NCBI RefSeq assembly: GCF_006345805.1
Contig: NC_043015.1
Coordinates: 28,458,001 to 28,522,000 of the forward strand
Direction of reading: 5' to 3'
Source: Octopus sinensis
Taxonomy: Eukaryota
Length of the DNA: 64,000 bases
Shown here one piece after another: positions 52,815 to 64,000 of the stretch. Position 1 is the first letter of the stretch. The number at the start of each line of letters is the position of its first letter. The position numbers and the translations under genes were made by a program. The notes under the pieces are model-generated. The model saw nothing but the letters and a program-made list of their open reading frames with translations. It made no database searches and was not told the origin of the DNA.

Positions 52815-53758
52815 CTGAAAAAAACACCACAAGATTTAAAGATAATAATAATTAATTTAACCCTTTCATTACCAGCCCGGCTGAAACCGGCTCTGGCTCT
52901 GTAGTACAAATATCTTGTTTTCATAAGTTTTCAGTTAAAAATCTTCCACCAAACCTTAGTCACAATTTATGTTCCTAACACTAGCTTAATGATAACTAAG
53001 TTATTTTACTAAATTCTTTGTTATATTTAAAATTATTTGAAAGAAACACAGAGCATCTCAACAGAAATACAGTAACGAAAGGGTTAAAGATATACAAATC
53101 ATTCATTAATAAAGATAAATACCCCCACAAAAATTACTAAACCAAAATTACTAAACAAATATTACTAAACCAAATTAATACAATTAAAAGATTTATCTTT
53201 AACTAGCAGGACCCATGAATACATCACAGAATTAATGGTAAACTTATTGAGTTATTTCTGCAAATTTTATCCAAAAAACCTGAAACTGTAGCCAGTGTTG
53301 TGTCTGTGACAAAAGGTAGTTGCTCATCTGATAATCATTGAAAAGTGAAGAAAATTAGAATACAATCATTACTTAATGCACTTTATATACTTTATGTACA
53401 ATTTTATAGACACAACACTCTCACTCTTTGCCTTACCCTCTTTTTCTCTTCAACTAATCAGCATTACAGACAGGCTAAGTAACGGAGGAAAAAATACTTA
53501 GTTCAAAACTGAAAAAATTACACATTTCACTCACCACCATCTCTCCTTATCCTCCTCCTCCCCCCACTTCAACTAATCATATGGAAGCGTTACAGGTGGG
53601 CTAAGTAACAAAGTGACAAGCAGAATTATTATAAGACATGGTGAACACATAGAATATTTTAGTTGATCAATTGACATCTATTCTTAATCAAATAAAAAAT
53701 AGCTTTGTTGCAAATACCTGAAAAATTGAAAGAGTTGCCAGAAATTTTCAAATCTTAC

Positions 53759-53896
53759 CTGTACTGTGGAAGATATTTCTTTTTTATCTTTTCCAATATC
53801 GTGGCTTAAACTCAACCACAAAACACACTCATCAAAATATTTCTTTCGGAATAATTCTACACCAAAATTGTAACATAACTGACATATGAAGCCATT
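53759..53896 (-). CDS. TEX11: TEX11 exon (0/0) NGFICQLCYNFGVELF...SHDIGKDKKEISSTVQ
   Basis: cttttcag / gtaaga; LCYNFGVE and W.S.S.DIGK motifs. Confidence 0.93.
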
Positions 53897-55892
53897 CTGA
53901 AAAGTAATATTGCTTAATAAGTATTAATCAAAATATATAAAATTTATGTAATTTTTAGAATGGTTCCTATCAGAATTGTTAATATTTTAATTATCTATCA
54001 GCTTTTAATTTCAGAACAAAGCCATAAACTTATAGAAGAAGAGAATGAGGTTGGTGCTTTTAGAAAATCATGAGCATCACATATTCTCACTTTCATTGTT
54101 TATAGATTTGAATTCTCAACAAAATTTGCTTCAATACATGAATTCACATCAAGAATCTTGAAAACCAGAGACGAAACTAAAATAGATTTGCAAGTTTTCT
54201 TTTAATTAGAAATTGATATAAATCCTAGAATGGTAACAGTTTTGAATGTACACAATAATTTAGTCTACTATCATATCTGCGCTGGGGGTGTAGTGTATAT
54301 GACTGGTTAAGTTGTTCACTTCACAATAACCAGGCCCAAGGTTCCATTCCATTGTGTGGCATTTTGGACAAGTGACTTTTACCATAGTCTTATTTCTTTA
54401 TTGCCCACAAGGGGCTGAACACAGAGAGGACAAACAAGGACAGACAAAGGGATTAGGTTGATTACATCGACCTCAGTGTGTAACTGGTGCTTAATCTATT
54501 GACCCTGAAAGGATGAAAGGCAAAGTCGACCTCGGCGGAACTTGAACTCAGAATATAGAGACAGATAAAATACTGCTAAGCAATTTGTGGCGTGCTAACG
54601 TTTCTGCTAGCTTGCCACCTTTTACCATAGTCTTGGCTCATCCCAAGCCTTGTAAGTGAAACTGGGCAGATGGAAACTGTTTTTAAGTCCATTATTTGGA
54701 TTTTACTGGTAAGTTAAAGGGATGGCCTTGTAATACCCTATATCATGTTGATTTCGCATGAGAATCACATTAAGGGTACATTTGCCTATGGAACGCAAAG
54801 CCATTTGCACACTTGTTTGAAGAGCAGAAAACTCAGTTGATTAAATAACTGAATCCTTATTAATGTAACTGATGGCAATACATTTTTTTTATATATTTAA
54901 CGCAATGCCAGCGTTGCCTTGACTGGCTTCTGTGCCGATGCACATGACCTGCTGTGCTTGAGGAGACCTATTGAGTCAAGTATATCAACATCAACATAAA
55001 TAAATATCAAATGGAAATTGTAGTTGTGATACCTATGCCGGTGGCACTTAAAAAGCACCATCTGAACGTGGCCGATGCCAGCGCCGCATTGACTGGCTTG
55101 TGTGCCGGTGGCACATAAAAAGCACCAACAGATCGTGGCTGCTGCCAGCCTCCCCTGGCACCTTTGCCAGTGGCACGTAAAAAGCACCCACTACACTCAA
55201 GGAGTGGTTGGCGTTAGGAAGGGCATCCAGCTGTAGAAACACTGCCAGATCAGACTGGAGCCTGGTGCAGCCTCCTGGCTTCCCAGATCTGGGTTGAACC
55301 ATCCAACCCATGCTAGCACGGAAAACAGACGTTAAACGATGATGATGATTTAAGTATGATATATAATGATATATATACATTAAACTAACTACAATAACAA
55401 TTTAGTTAAATAAATAAATATTTAAAGTGAGATTGTCTATCAAATAATTGTGAAGTATGTGTTATGTTATATCTTTTCTACTATAGGTACAAGCCTGAAA
55501 TTTTGGGGGGAGAGGTAGGGCTAGTTGATTACATCGACCCCAGTGCTCAACTGGTACTTGTTTCATTGACCCTGAAAGGAAGAAAAGCAAACTTGACCTT
55601 GGTAGAATTTGAACTCAGAACATAAAGACATACGAAATGCCGCTAAGCATATTGCCCAGCATGCTAATGATTCTGCGAGCTCTCCACCTTATGTGTTATG
55701 TTATATCAATAATTAATATTGATGAAGAAACTAGGAGTGGCTGTGTGATAAGTAGCTTGCTTACAAGCCACATGGTTCCGGGTTCAGTCCCACTGTGTGG
55801 CACCTTGGGCAAGTGTCTTCTACTATAGCCTTAGGCTGATCAAAGCCTTGTGAGTGGATTTGGTAGACGGAAACTGAAAGAAGCCTGTCGTA

Positions 55893-55933
<41 letters not shown>

Positions 55934-57165
55934 GTATCTTAGTGTGTCTGTGTTTGTCCCTCCAACATCGCTTGACAACTGATGCTGGTGTGTTTACGTC
56001 CCCGTAACTTTGCGGTTTGGCAAAAGAGACCGTTAGAATAAGTACTAGGCTTACAAAGAATAAGTCCTCGGGACAATTTGCTTGACTAAAAAAGGCGGTG
56101 CTCCAGTATGACCACAGTCAAATGACTGAAACAAGTAAAAGAGTAAACTAAGGCTGTGAGTTGGCAGCATTGTTAACACGCTGGGAAAAATGTTTAGCTG
56201 CATTTTGTCTGTCTTTACATTCTGAGTTCTAATTGCCCTGAGGTCAACTTTGTCATTCATCCTTTCAGGGTTGCTAGAATAAGTAACAGTTAAGGCGGCA
56301 AGCTGGCAGAATTGTTAGCACACCAGGCGAAATGCTTAGTGGTATTTCGTCTGTCTTTACATTCTGAGTTCAAATTCCGCCGAGGTTGATTTTGCCTTTC
56401 ATCTTTTCGGGGTCGATAAATTAAGTACCAGTTACGCACTGGGGTCGATGTAATCAACTTAATACCTATGTCTGTCCTTGTTTGTCCCCTCTATGTTTAG
56501 CCCCTTGTAGGTAGTAAAGAAATAGGTATTTCGCCTGCCGTTACCTTCTGAGTTCAAATTCCGCCAAGGTCGACTTCGCCTTTCATCCTTTCAGGGTTGA
56601 TAAATTAAGTACCAGTTGCATACTGGGGTCGCTCTAATCGACTGGCCCCCTCCCCCCAAAAAATTTCGGGCCCTGTGCCTAGAGTAGAAAAGAATAAGTA
56701 CCAGTTGAGCACTGGTGTCAATGTAATTCACTTATTCCTTCCCCAAACTTGCAGGCCTTGTGCCAAAATATGAAATCAATATTAATGAAGACACTAAGGC
56801 AGTAATCTGGTAGAATTGTTAGTACAGTGGACAATATGTTTAGCCACATTTCTTCCAGTTCTTTATATTTTGAGTTCAAATGCTACTGAGATCAACTTTG
56901 CTTTTCATGCTTTTGCTGGCAATAAAATAAAGTACCAGTCGACGTAATTGACTTAACCCCTTCTCAGAAATTACTGACCTTGCGCCAAAGTTTGAAACAA
57001 TATTTATGAAACAAACTAATGATTAACTGAAAAAAAGTTTAAGCAAAATAAATAAAATATACAATCTATGAATAAGGAATATAAATGTCTAATAGTAAAC
57101 AAGTTTTTGTTTTATTATATAACTTTGACTTTGTATTAATCTATAAAATAACTGAAATATCTTAC

Positions 57166-57246
57166 CTCCTTGGGGAATAATGCAAGCATATCTTTCGCTG
57201 ATTGTATGTGGCTATATGCAATATCATACTGGCCTTGAGCAAATGC
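57166..57246 (-). CDS. TEX11: TEX11 exon (0/0) AFAQGQYDIAYSHIQSAKDMLALFPKE
   Basis: AG acceptor and gtaaga donor; resembles AVAQGDFQ..KDML. Confidence 0.9.
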
Positions 57247-59053
57247 CTTTCAGACAAAGAACAAAACATTGCAGAATATAATTTATTGATTGGTTAACAT
57301 AACGAAATGAAAATTCTATATTGAAATAATCAGTGATGAATTTTATATTACTAAGACATATATTCTATGCATTTTTATGTTTATTAAATACATTTCCAAT
57401 AAGGAGAGTAGCAAAAACAGTAAAACAACGATTGGGGTGATATCATGAATCATGTGTTTATATCTGATTTAGATATCTCCTTGTGTTTTTGAATAGGGTT
57501 CTAAATTCTGTATGGTTCTAAGTGGAACAACGGAATCTGAAGAAACTAGTGAGGGTTTGTGTAAGTATATAATAAATACAAAATTTCACTTGACACTTAT
57601 GCCTGTGCTTAGTAGGATGCCAAGAGCACCATCCGAGTGTGATCATTGCCAGAGCAGCCAACTGGCTTCCGTACCCGTGGCACGTAAAAGGGCACCATTC
57701 GAGCGTGATCGTTACCAACGTCGCTTCACTGGCACCTGTGCCGGTGGCACATGTAATAAGATTCGAGCGAGGTCATTGCCAGTACCACCTGACTGGCCCC
57801 CGTGCCAGAGGCACGTAAAAAGCACCCACTACACTCTTGGAGTGGTTGGCGTTAGGAAGGACATCCAGCTGTAGAAACTCTGCCAGATCAAGATTGGAGC
57901 CTGGTGCAGCCATCTGGTTCACCAGCCCTCAGTCAAAATCGTCCAACCCATGCTAGCATGGAAAGCGGATGTTAAACGATGATGATGATGATGATGATGA
58001 TGAAATGAATTATTTTTCTAAGAGGAAAAAAAAAAATCTATCATTTTGAGGAGAATCTTTTATTGGAAAGAGATGAAATATTTACTGATAATGCTGTGAA
58101 TAAATAAATTTTGAGTAGTATGAAGAAATGAATGTTAATGAGAGTAAGAGAGTGTGAGCGGAGGTAGCACGGTGAAATAGATGTTAGTAGGAAGACAGCA
58201 GTTTAAAGTAAGGTTATAATCAACATGAATGAATGATTGAATATGCCCATCCTGAAGGTTGTGGGTTGAGAGGTCAGGTGGCAGGGTTGGACACATGAAA
58301 TATTGCAAATTTGAAAAATAGGGAAGGAAAGAGACCAAGGGCAAGAGAAGGAAAGACAACTAAGGAAGGAATAATATATATATTGTATGCACGCATGCAT
58401 GCACACACACACATGCTCACACACACACACTTTGGAGCAATATTCTATGGGGAATGTAGCTAATATTACACAGGCATGTTATCCAAGGTTTAATCCATAT
58501 CTCATAAGCTTAACGCTACAGATTACTTGACAATGCAATGTCTTCATAAATTCCTCTAACCCCGAGAAGATGTCCTTTCTATTCAAAGAGTAGAATTGTT
58601 TTTATGGAAGACCCAGTAATTGACTGACCACTGCAGCGTCTAGCTTGATCTAGGTCTGGATCTAATTTCTATTGCATTTCAATCTGTTTTAGGGTTAGGG
58701 TTAGGGGTGGGGGGAAGGGTATCTTTTTTTTCTTCACAAATGTAAATAAACCCAATCTGTATTTTAAACGAGGGACATATTCATACGGCACAGAATGTTG
58801 TTTACCTCATTGGACGTATTTGATTGGTTGAAATTGCAGAAATTGAAGAAAAAACACAACAAATATCTTACAAACTTATAGAATTTTCTCAATAAAGCCA
58901 AGAGAAAAAGATGTTTTATAAACACATTCTACCAGTATACGAAGTTTAAAATTTTTTAGTTACCGACAAGATCCCTTCCTTGTAAGTGGTGGCTATAGAT
59001 TCTCTTTTATTATTCTTTTAGAAGGCTTAAAAATGAACCAAAGAAGAACTTAC

Positions 59054-59191
59054 TATTTCAGCTTGGTAGCAGAACAAATGGAAGTAGTTGTTTTCTATAT
59101 CCAACTTGTACAAATCCAAATCTTCACCGATTGATAAAAGATGGCCACCCTCCTTCTGAGTGAAATATATCTCCTTCAGTTTGTTATTTGA
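59054..59191 (-). CDS. TEX11: TEX11 exon (phase 0/0) SNNKLKEIYFTQ...NNYFHLFCYQAEI
   Basis: tttctctttcag acceptor and gtaagt donor; ends with YQAE as in TEX11. Confidence 0.85.
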
Positions 59192-59834
59192 CTGAAAGAG
59201 AAATATATATTTCTATTGAGAAAACTGTTGTATAATGAAGGCAAATGGATATTTAATACTGATTTCTTACATAGGCACAAAACCTTAAATTTAGGAAAAG
59301 GGAACTGCTAATAATATAGACCTATGTACGTGACTGGTAGGTACGATATTTTATCGACCCCAGAGAGATGAAAAGCAAAGTTTACTTTAACAAGATTTGA
59401 TTTCAGAATTTAAAGTAGCAGAATGGTAAGGCATTTTTTTTGTTGCTCTCATAACTGTATCATTCCATTGCCTTTAATGGATATTTGATAGTGACATGTA
59501 AAGGGGCATGGCTCAGTGGTTAGAGTGTCAGGCTCACAATCATGAGGTAGTGAGTTTGATTCCTGGGCAAGGCTGTGTGTTGTATTCTTGAGCAAGGCAC
59601 TATATTTCATGTTACTTTCTAACCTTACTTGTGCCAGCATCATAAAAACAGCACCCAATACACTCTGTAAAGTGGTTGGTGTTAGGATGGACACCCAACA
59701 GTAGAAACCATACCAAGGCAGATACTGGAGGTCAATGTAGTCCTTTGGCTTGTCAGATCCTGTTGAACTGTTCACCCCATGCCAGCAGAGATGACAGACA
59801 TTAAATAACGATGGTTTTATATATATCAATGAAG

Positions 59835-61920
59835 TTAGATATGGCCAGTCTATGGGGTACCCTGTTTTTAATGTCCATAGAATGCTTAGCTTTTCAGTGT
59901 TTCCTCAGACCCTAAACCTGTTTGCCTATGGTCTCTCTAGCAAGTGGGCTCCCTAGAAAATCGAAGAAGAAAAGACTTCCTAACTCTGTCAACAACAAAG
60001 GTTTGTCTCCCTTTGACTGCTATTTGTAACTGACCCTGTTAGTGTGTGGAACCTAGGATGCCTGCAGAAATTTCCTGAAGTGCAAGTAGGGTCTGGAGAC
60101 TTCTGTCCTGGAGTTAGGATATTCTCTGGATCGAGGGAGTCCTTTAATATCCTCGTCCATTCAACTATGCACAGTTTACAATGCTTGGTCCCATTTATGT
60201 AGGATTTTCAAGGATCTTCCATGATATATATGGAGTTCCATCATCTCTCAGCTGCCATACATGGCTGCCTAAGGATGTAGCATATCTCCTTTCTGGGATC
60301 CTGAAAGAGGACCTGTGGTCGGAGAGGTGCTGTTTGAACATGTTACTGGAACATCTGATGTGTCTCTGTGTGCAGGTGTTGGCAACACTCTCTCTGCTGA
60401 TGTTGATGCTGCTGCTACTGCTGTTGTTTCTGCTGGTGTTGTTGGTGTCAATGTTATTAAAGCTGGCATTGGTGTTGGTGCCATTAATACTGGTGTAGGA
60501 GGCAGCACCAACACCAACAACACCCACACCAGCAAGAGTGGTAGCAGTAGTGTCGCAGTGTCAACGTCAGCAGAAACAGCATCGCCAACATTCACACGTG
60601 GAAATACTTCAGATGTCCTGGTAACATGTTCAACCAGCACCTCTCTAACCACAGATCCTTTTTCTGGAGATATGTTACATCCTGGACATTTCTGGACATA
60701 TGTTACTTGGCAGACACCCATAAAATTATCAAGCATCGTACAAACAATAACTCTGAGCACCTTTTCAAACTCCCCCCCGTCTAACACTCGTGGACATATT
60801 TACAAAGTCAGAAAACAGCACAGCTCCCATGACTTTAGGAAACATTTTTTCACGCTGAGAGTTGCTGAAGCATGGAACAAACTGCTGGCATCAGTTGTTA
60901 GTTGTTGGAGCACTGCATCCTTCAAAACTTCCATGCTTCCTGAGATTCGCCAACACTACACCTGATTCTCTCCCCTCCATACACACACAAGCATGTATCT
61001 GACTCATACACTGTTCACTTTCCAGACATTTGTACATTACTGCATATGCTTTATATGCACTTTTGACAAGTATTATATATATATACACAGACACCCATAA
61101 AATTATTAACCATCTTACTAACAATAACTCCGAGCACCTTTACAAACTCCACCTGTCTAACACCTGTGGACATATTTACAAAGTCAGAAAACAGCACAGC
61201 TCCCATGACTTTAGGAAACATTTTTTCACGCTGAGAGTTGCTGAACCATGGAACAAACTGCCAGCATCAGTTGTTAGTTGTCGGAGCACTGCATCCTTCA
61301 AAACTTCCATGCTCTCTAAGATTCACCAACACTACACCTGATTTTCTCCCCTCCATACACATACAAGCATGTATCTGACTCATGCATTGTTCGCTTTCCA
61401 GACATTTGTACATTACTGCATATACTCTATACACACTTTCTGACAGGTTGTGGTGCACCTGAGCACTGTATACAATAATTTCATTATTATTATTATATCC
61501 TTAGTCAGCCATGTATGGCAGCTGAAAGATGATGGAACTCCACACATAATATGAAAAATACTAGAAAATCCAGGCTTCTACATAAATGGGACCAAGCATT
61601 GTAAGCTGTACATAGCTGAATGGACAAGAATATTAAAGGATTCCCTTGACATGGGGAACATCCTTAAATCCAGAAAGGAGGCCTTTGGACTCTGCTTGCA
61701 CTTCAGGAAATTCATGTTGATGTCCTGGGATTCACACACTAACACAGTCATTTATGAATAACAGTTGAAGGGGGATAATCCCTTACTGTTGACATAGAGT
61801 AATGAAGTCTTTTCCTCCTCCATTTTCTAAAGAGGCCAACAGGTTTAGGGTCTGAAGAAACACTGTAAAGCTAGGCACTTTATGGATGTGAAACCCAGGG
61901 TAACACCATAAACTGGCCTT
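59835..61920. mobile_element. Head-to-head pair of Penelope-like GIY-YIG 3' fragments, the right copy split by tandem CR1/L2 tails
   Basis: HRSSF..R..TSL.SHVWQL.DDG..WKIL and C..C..E..RILK..LN.R.E..HFRKF on both strands; CR1/L2 tails at ~60700-61497. Confidence 0.75.
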
Positions 61921-62114
61921 GACTGTCTTTATCTAATTACTGTACTACTCTATAACTTAGTGGTTATCATCATCGTCATCATCATCGTTTAACGTCCGCT
62001 TTCCATGCTAGCATGGGTTGGACGGTTCAACTGGGGTCTGGCAAGCCCGAAGGCTGCACCAGGCCAGTCAGATCTGGCAGTGTTTCTACAGCTGGATGCC
62101 CTTCCTAACGCCAA

Positions 62115-62134
62115 TATATATATATTTTTTTGGT

Positions 62135-62189
<55 letters not shown>

Positions 62190-62449
62190 TATAAATACAC
62201 ACACATGTACACACATATATACATACACACATATATATACATATATATATATATTGCACACACACATATATATATGTGTATATATATATATTATATATAT
62301 ATGTGTATATATATATATACACATACATATATATGTGTATATATATATGTATATATACATACACACATATATATATGTGTATATATATATATATTTGCAC
62401 ACACACATATATATATATTTATATATATATGTATATATATATGTATGGA

Positions 62450-62483
<34 letters not shown>

Positions 62484-62575
62484 CACATATATGTGCACTA
62501 TAAACTTATATATATATATGTGTACATACATATATATACATATATTTCTACACACCCACACACACACACATATAT
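62115..62575. repeat. Compound (TA)n/(TG/CA)n microsatellite
   Basis: Direct reading. Confidence 0.95.
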
Positions 62576-63147
62576 AAGTCAAGATTTTGCTTTAAGCATA
62601 CAAGAGCAAACATACATAGCAAAAACAGATATCTGATATACAATAATAAATCACAGACTAGATTAACATAGATGAAAAACAAAGCAAAACAAAACTAAAA
62701 AAAAAAAAAGAAAAAAAAAGAAAAGAAAAACCCCTAAAACAAATGAAAATCTGTCTGGAAGTCTTTCTAGTTTAGTAAATAAAGACATTTTGCTGTTTAG
62801 TTAATTTTTTAGCCAGACTGCACAGGGAATTGTATTTTGAAATATATATAAATTCTTACAGGCAAAGTAATTTGAAGCAGAATTTTGAGAATCTTCTTAA
62901 TTCAGCAAGTTACGATTTGTTAAATGTGAAATGTTTATATAAGGAAATAGCTTCTTTCTTTTCTTTTTTTTTTCTTTTTTTTTTTATATCTTCTATGGAA
63001 TGAATGTAAACAGATTTGTTCATAAATAAATACACTGAGGAATTACACTGGTAAAAAAAGTTCTGATGTACAGATATATCTAGCATATGATATTACTGTT
63101 ATAAGGTGCATATGGGTGTGTATATATATATAATATATATATATATG

Positions 63148-63297
63148 AGAAGAAATGAGGTACTCAGAAAATCAGATGGTTTATATTTGCAGATATTTAT
63201 TTGTATATTACATTTTTTATATATATCATATAACCATCCGATTTTCTGAGTACCTCATTTCTTCTAATATATATACCTGTACATCATCTCCAAACCT

Positions 63298-63335
<38 letters not shown>

Positions 63336-63752
63336 TTATCGTTTGTGGATTTGGTTTGCAAGATTCTTTATATGAGTTCATGTGTTGAAGCATATTCTGT
63401 TGTGTCTGGGGAGATTCATTCTCTTTTAGTACTTTATTATTTAACACACTCAGTAGCTTATTATTTAACTGAGTGTGTTAAATAATAAGGTACTAAAAGA
63501 GAATGACTCTCCCCAGACACAACAGTATATATATATATATATAACAAATAATAGAGATAGAAAATGTCACGAGCAACATACAGTATTAAAACCAAGCAAA
63601 ACATGTTTTAATACAGCATGATAAGGCATCAATCATATATATAAATACATATATATATTTAAAGGGGCTAAAAACCACTATGTGGTCAGCCGTATGCTAG
63701 AAGTAGATCACCATACGGCTGACCACATAGTGGTTTTTAGCCCTTTAAATAT
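63148..63752. repeat. Cluster of three independent inverted repeats (63148-63265, 63397-63525, 63655-63752)
   Basis: Arms of roughly 40, 58 and 40 bp read directly. Confidence 0.85.
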
Positions 63753-64000
63753 ACACATGTATTAGAATTTTCTCTGATTTTTCAGATTTTTGTATGCTAG
63801 GCTACTGGTTTTAAATTGATATTAATTAAATTAATATTCAATTTACCTCCCTCATTATTTAAATACATATATATATATACAATGTGGAGGCGCAATGGCC
63901 CAGTGGTTAGGGCAGCAGACTCACGGTTGTAGGATCGCGGTTTCGATTCCTAGACCGGGCATTGTGAGTGTTTATTGAGCGAAAACACCTAAAGCTTCAT

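Larger units (their letters stand above)
15523..59191 (-). other. TEX11: TEX11/ZIP4 (Spo22)-like meiotic TPR-scaffold gene, 23 coding exons in window, 5' end outside window
   Basis: Manually spliced GT-AG exons carry motifs colinear with recalled human TEX11: [77 protein letters not shown]. Splice phases are consistent at all junctions except one. Confidence 0.93.

Noticed and set aside
53200-53330. Exon-like stretch (EQLPFVTDTT...) with a cag acceptor
   Set aside because: No good donor and not needed: 53759 joins 52814 in phase 0 and colinearly
58687-58706. TTAGGG x3 telomere-like motif
   Set aside because: Too short and attached to a dispersed repeat also present near 11850-12010
60269-60965. 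172-216 aa Thr/Val/Ser-rich ORFs
   Set aside because: They arise from the inverted Penelope arms, the low-complexity spacer and the CR1 tail
62850-62930. Possible upstream TEX11 exon ending at gtaaga
   Set aside because: No clear acceptor, stops in the required frame, weak similarity

Overview
AT-rich, microsatellite- and SINE-dense animal DNA. The repeat families look like Octopus, but that is recalled pattern recognition, not a database search. Two convergent protein-coding genes are present. (1) The last coding exon of a long-chain acyl-CoA synthetase (ACSL3/4-like, +, 665-822). (2) A spliced TEX11/ZIP4-like meiotic gene on the minus strand, reconstructed by hand as 23 GT-AG exons from 59191 down to the stop at 15523 (about 800 codons). 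Its N-terminal exons appear to lie beyond the window. All splice phases agree except at exon 20084-20227, which is 1 nt out of frame. The rest is transposon-derived: about five tRNA-headed SINE families, decayed mariners, pogo-like and TTAA/piggyBac-like MITEs, non-autonomous Helitrons, RTE, CR1/L2, R4/Dong and Penelope-like fragments, and many fold-back palindromes. The most notable oddities are a TSD-flanked tRNA-SINE carrying a hammerhead-ribozyme core, a SINE tetramer inserted as one unit, a Dong-like element inside the (TAA)n tract that forms a TEX11 splice acceptor, and head-to-head inverted duplications of retroelement fragments. Most ORF-track entries are microsatellite or SINE artefacts.
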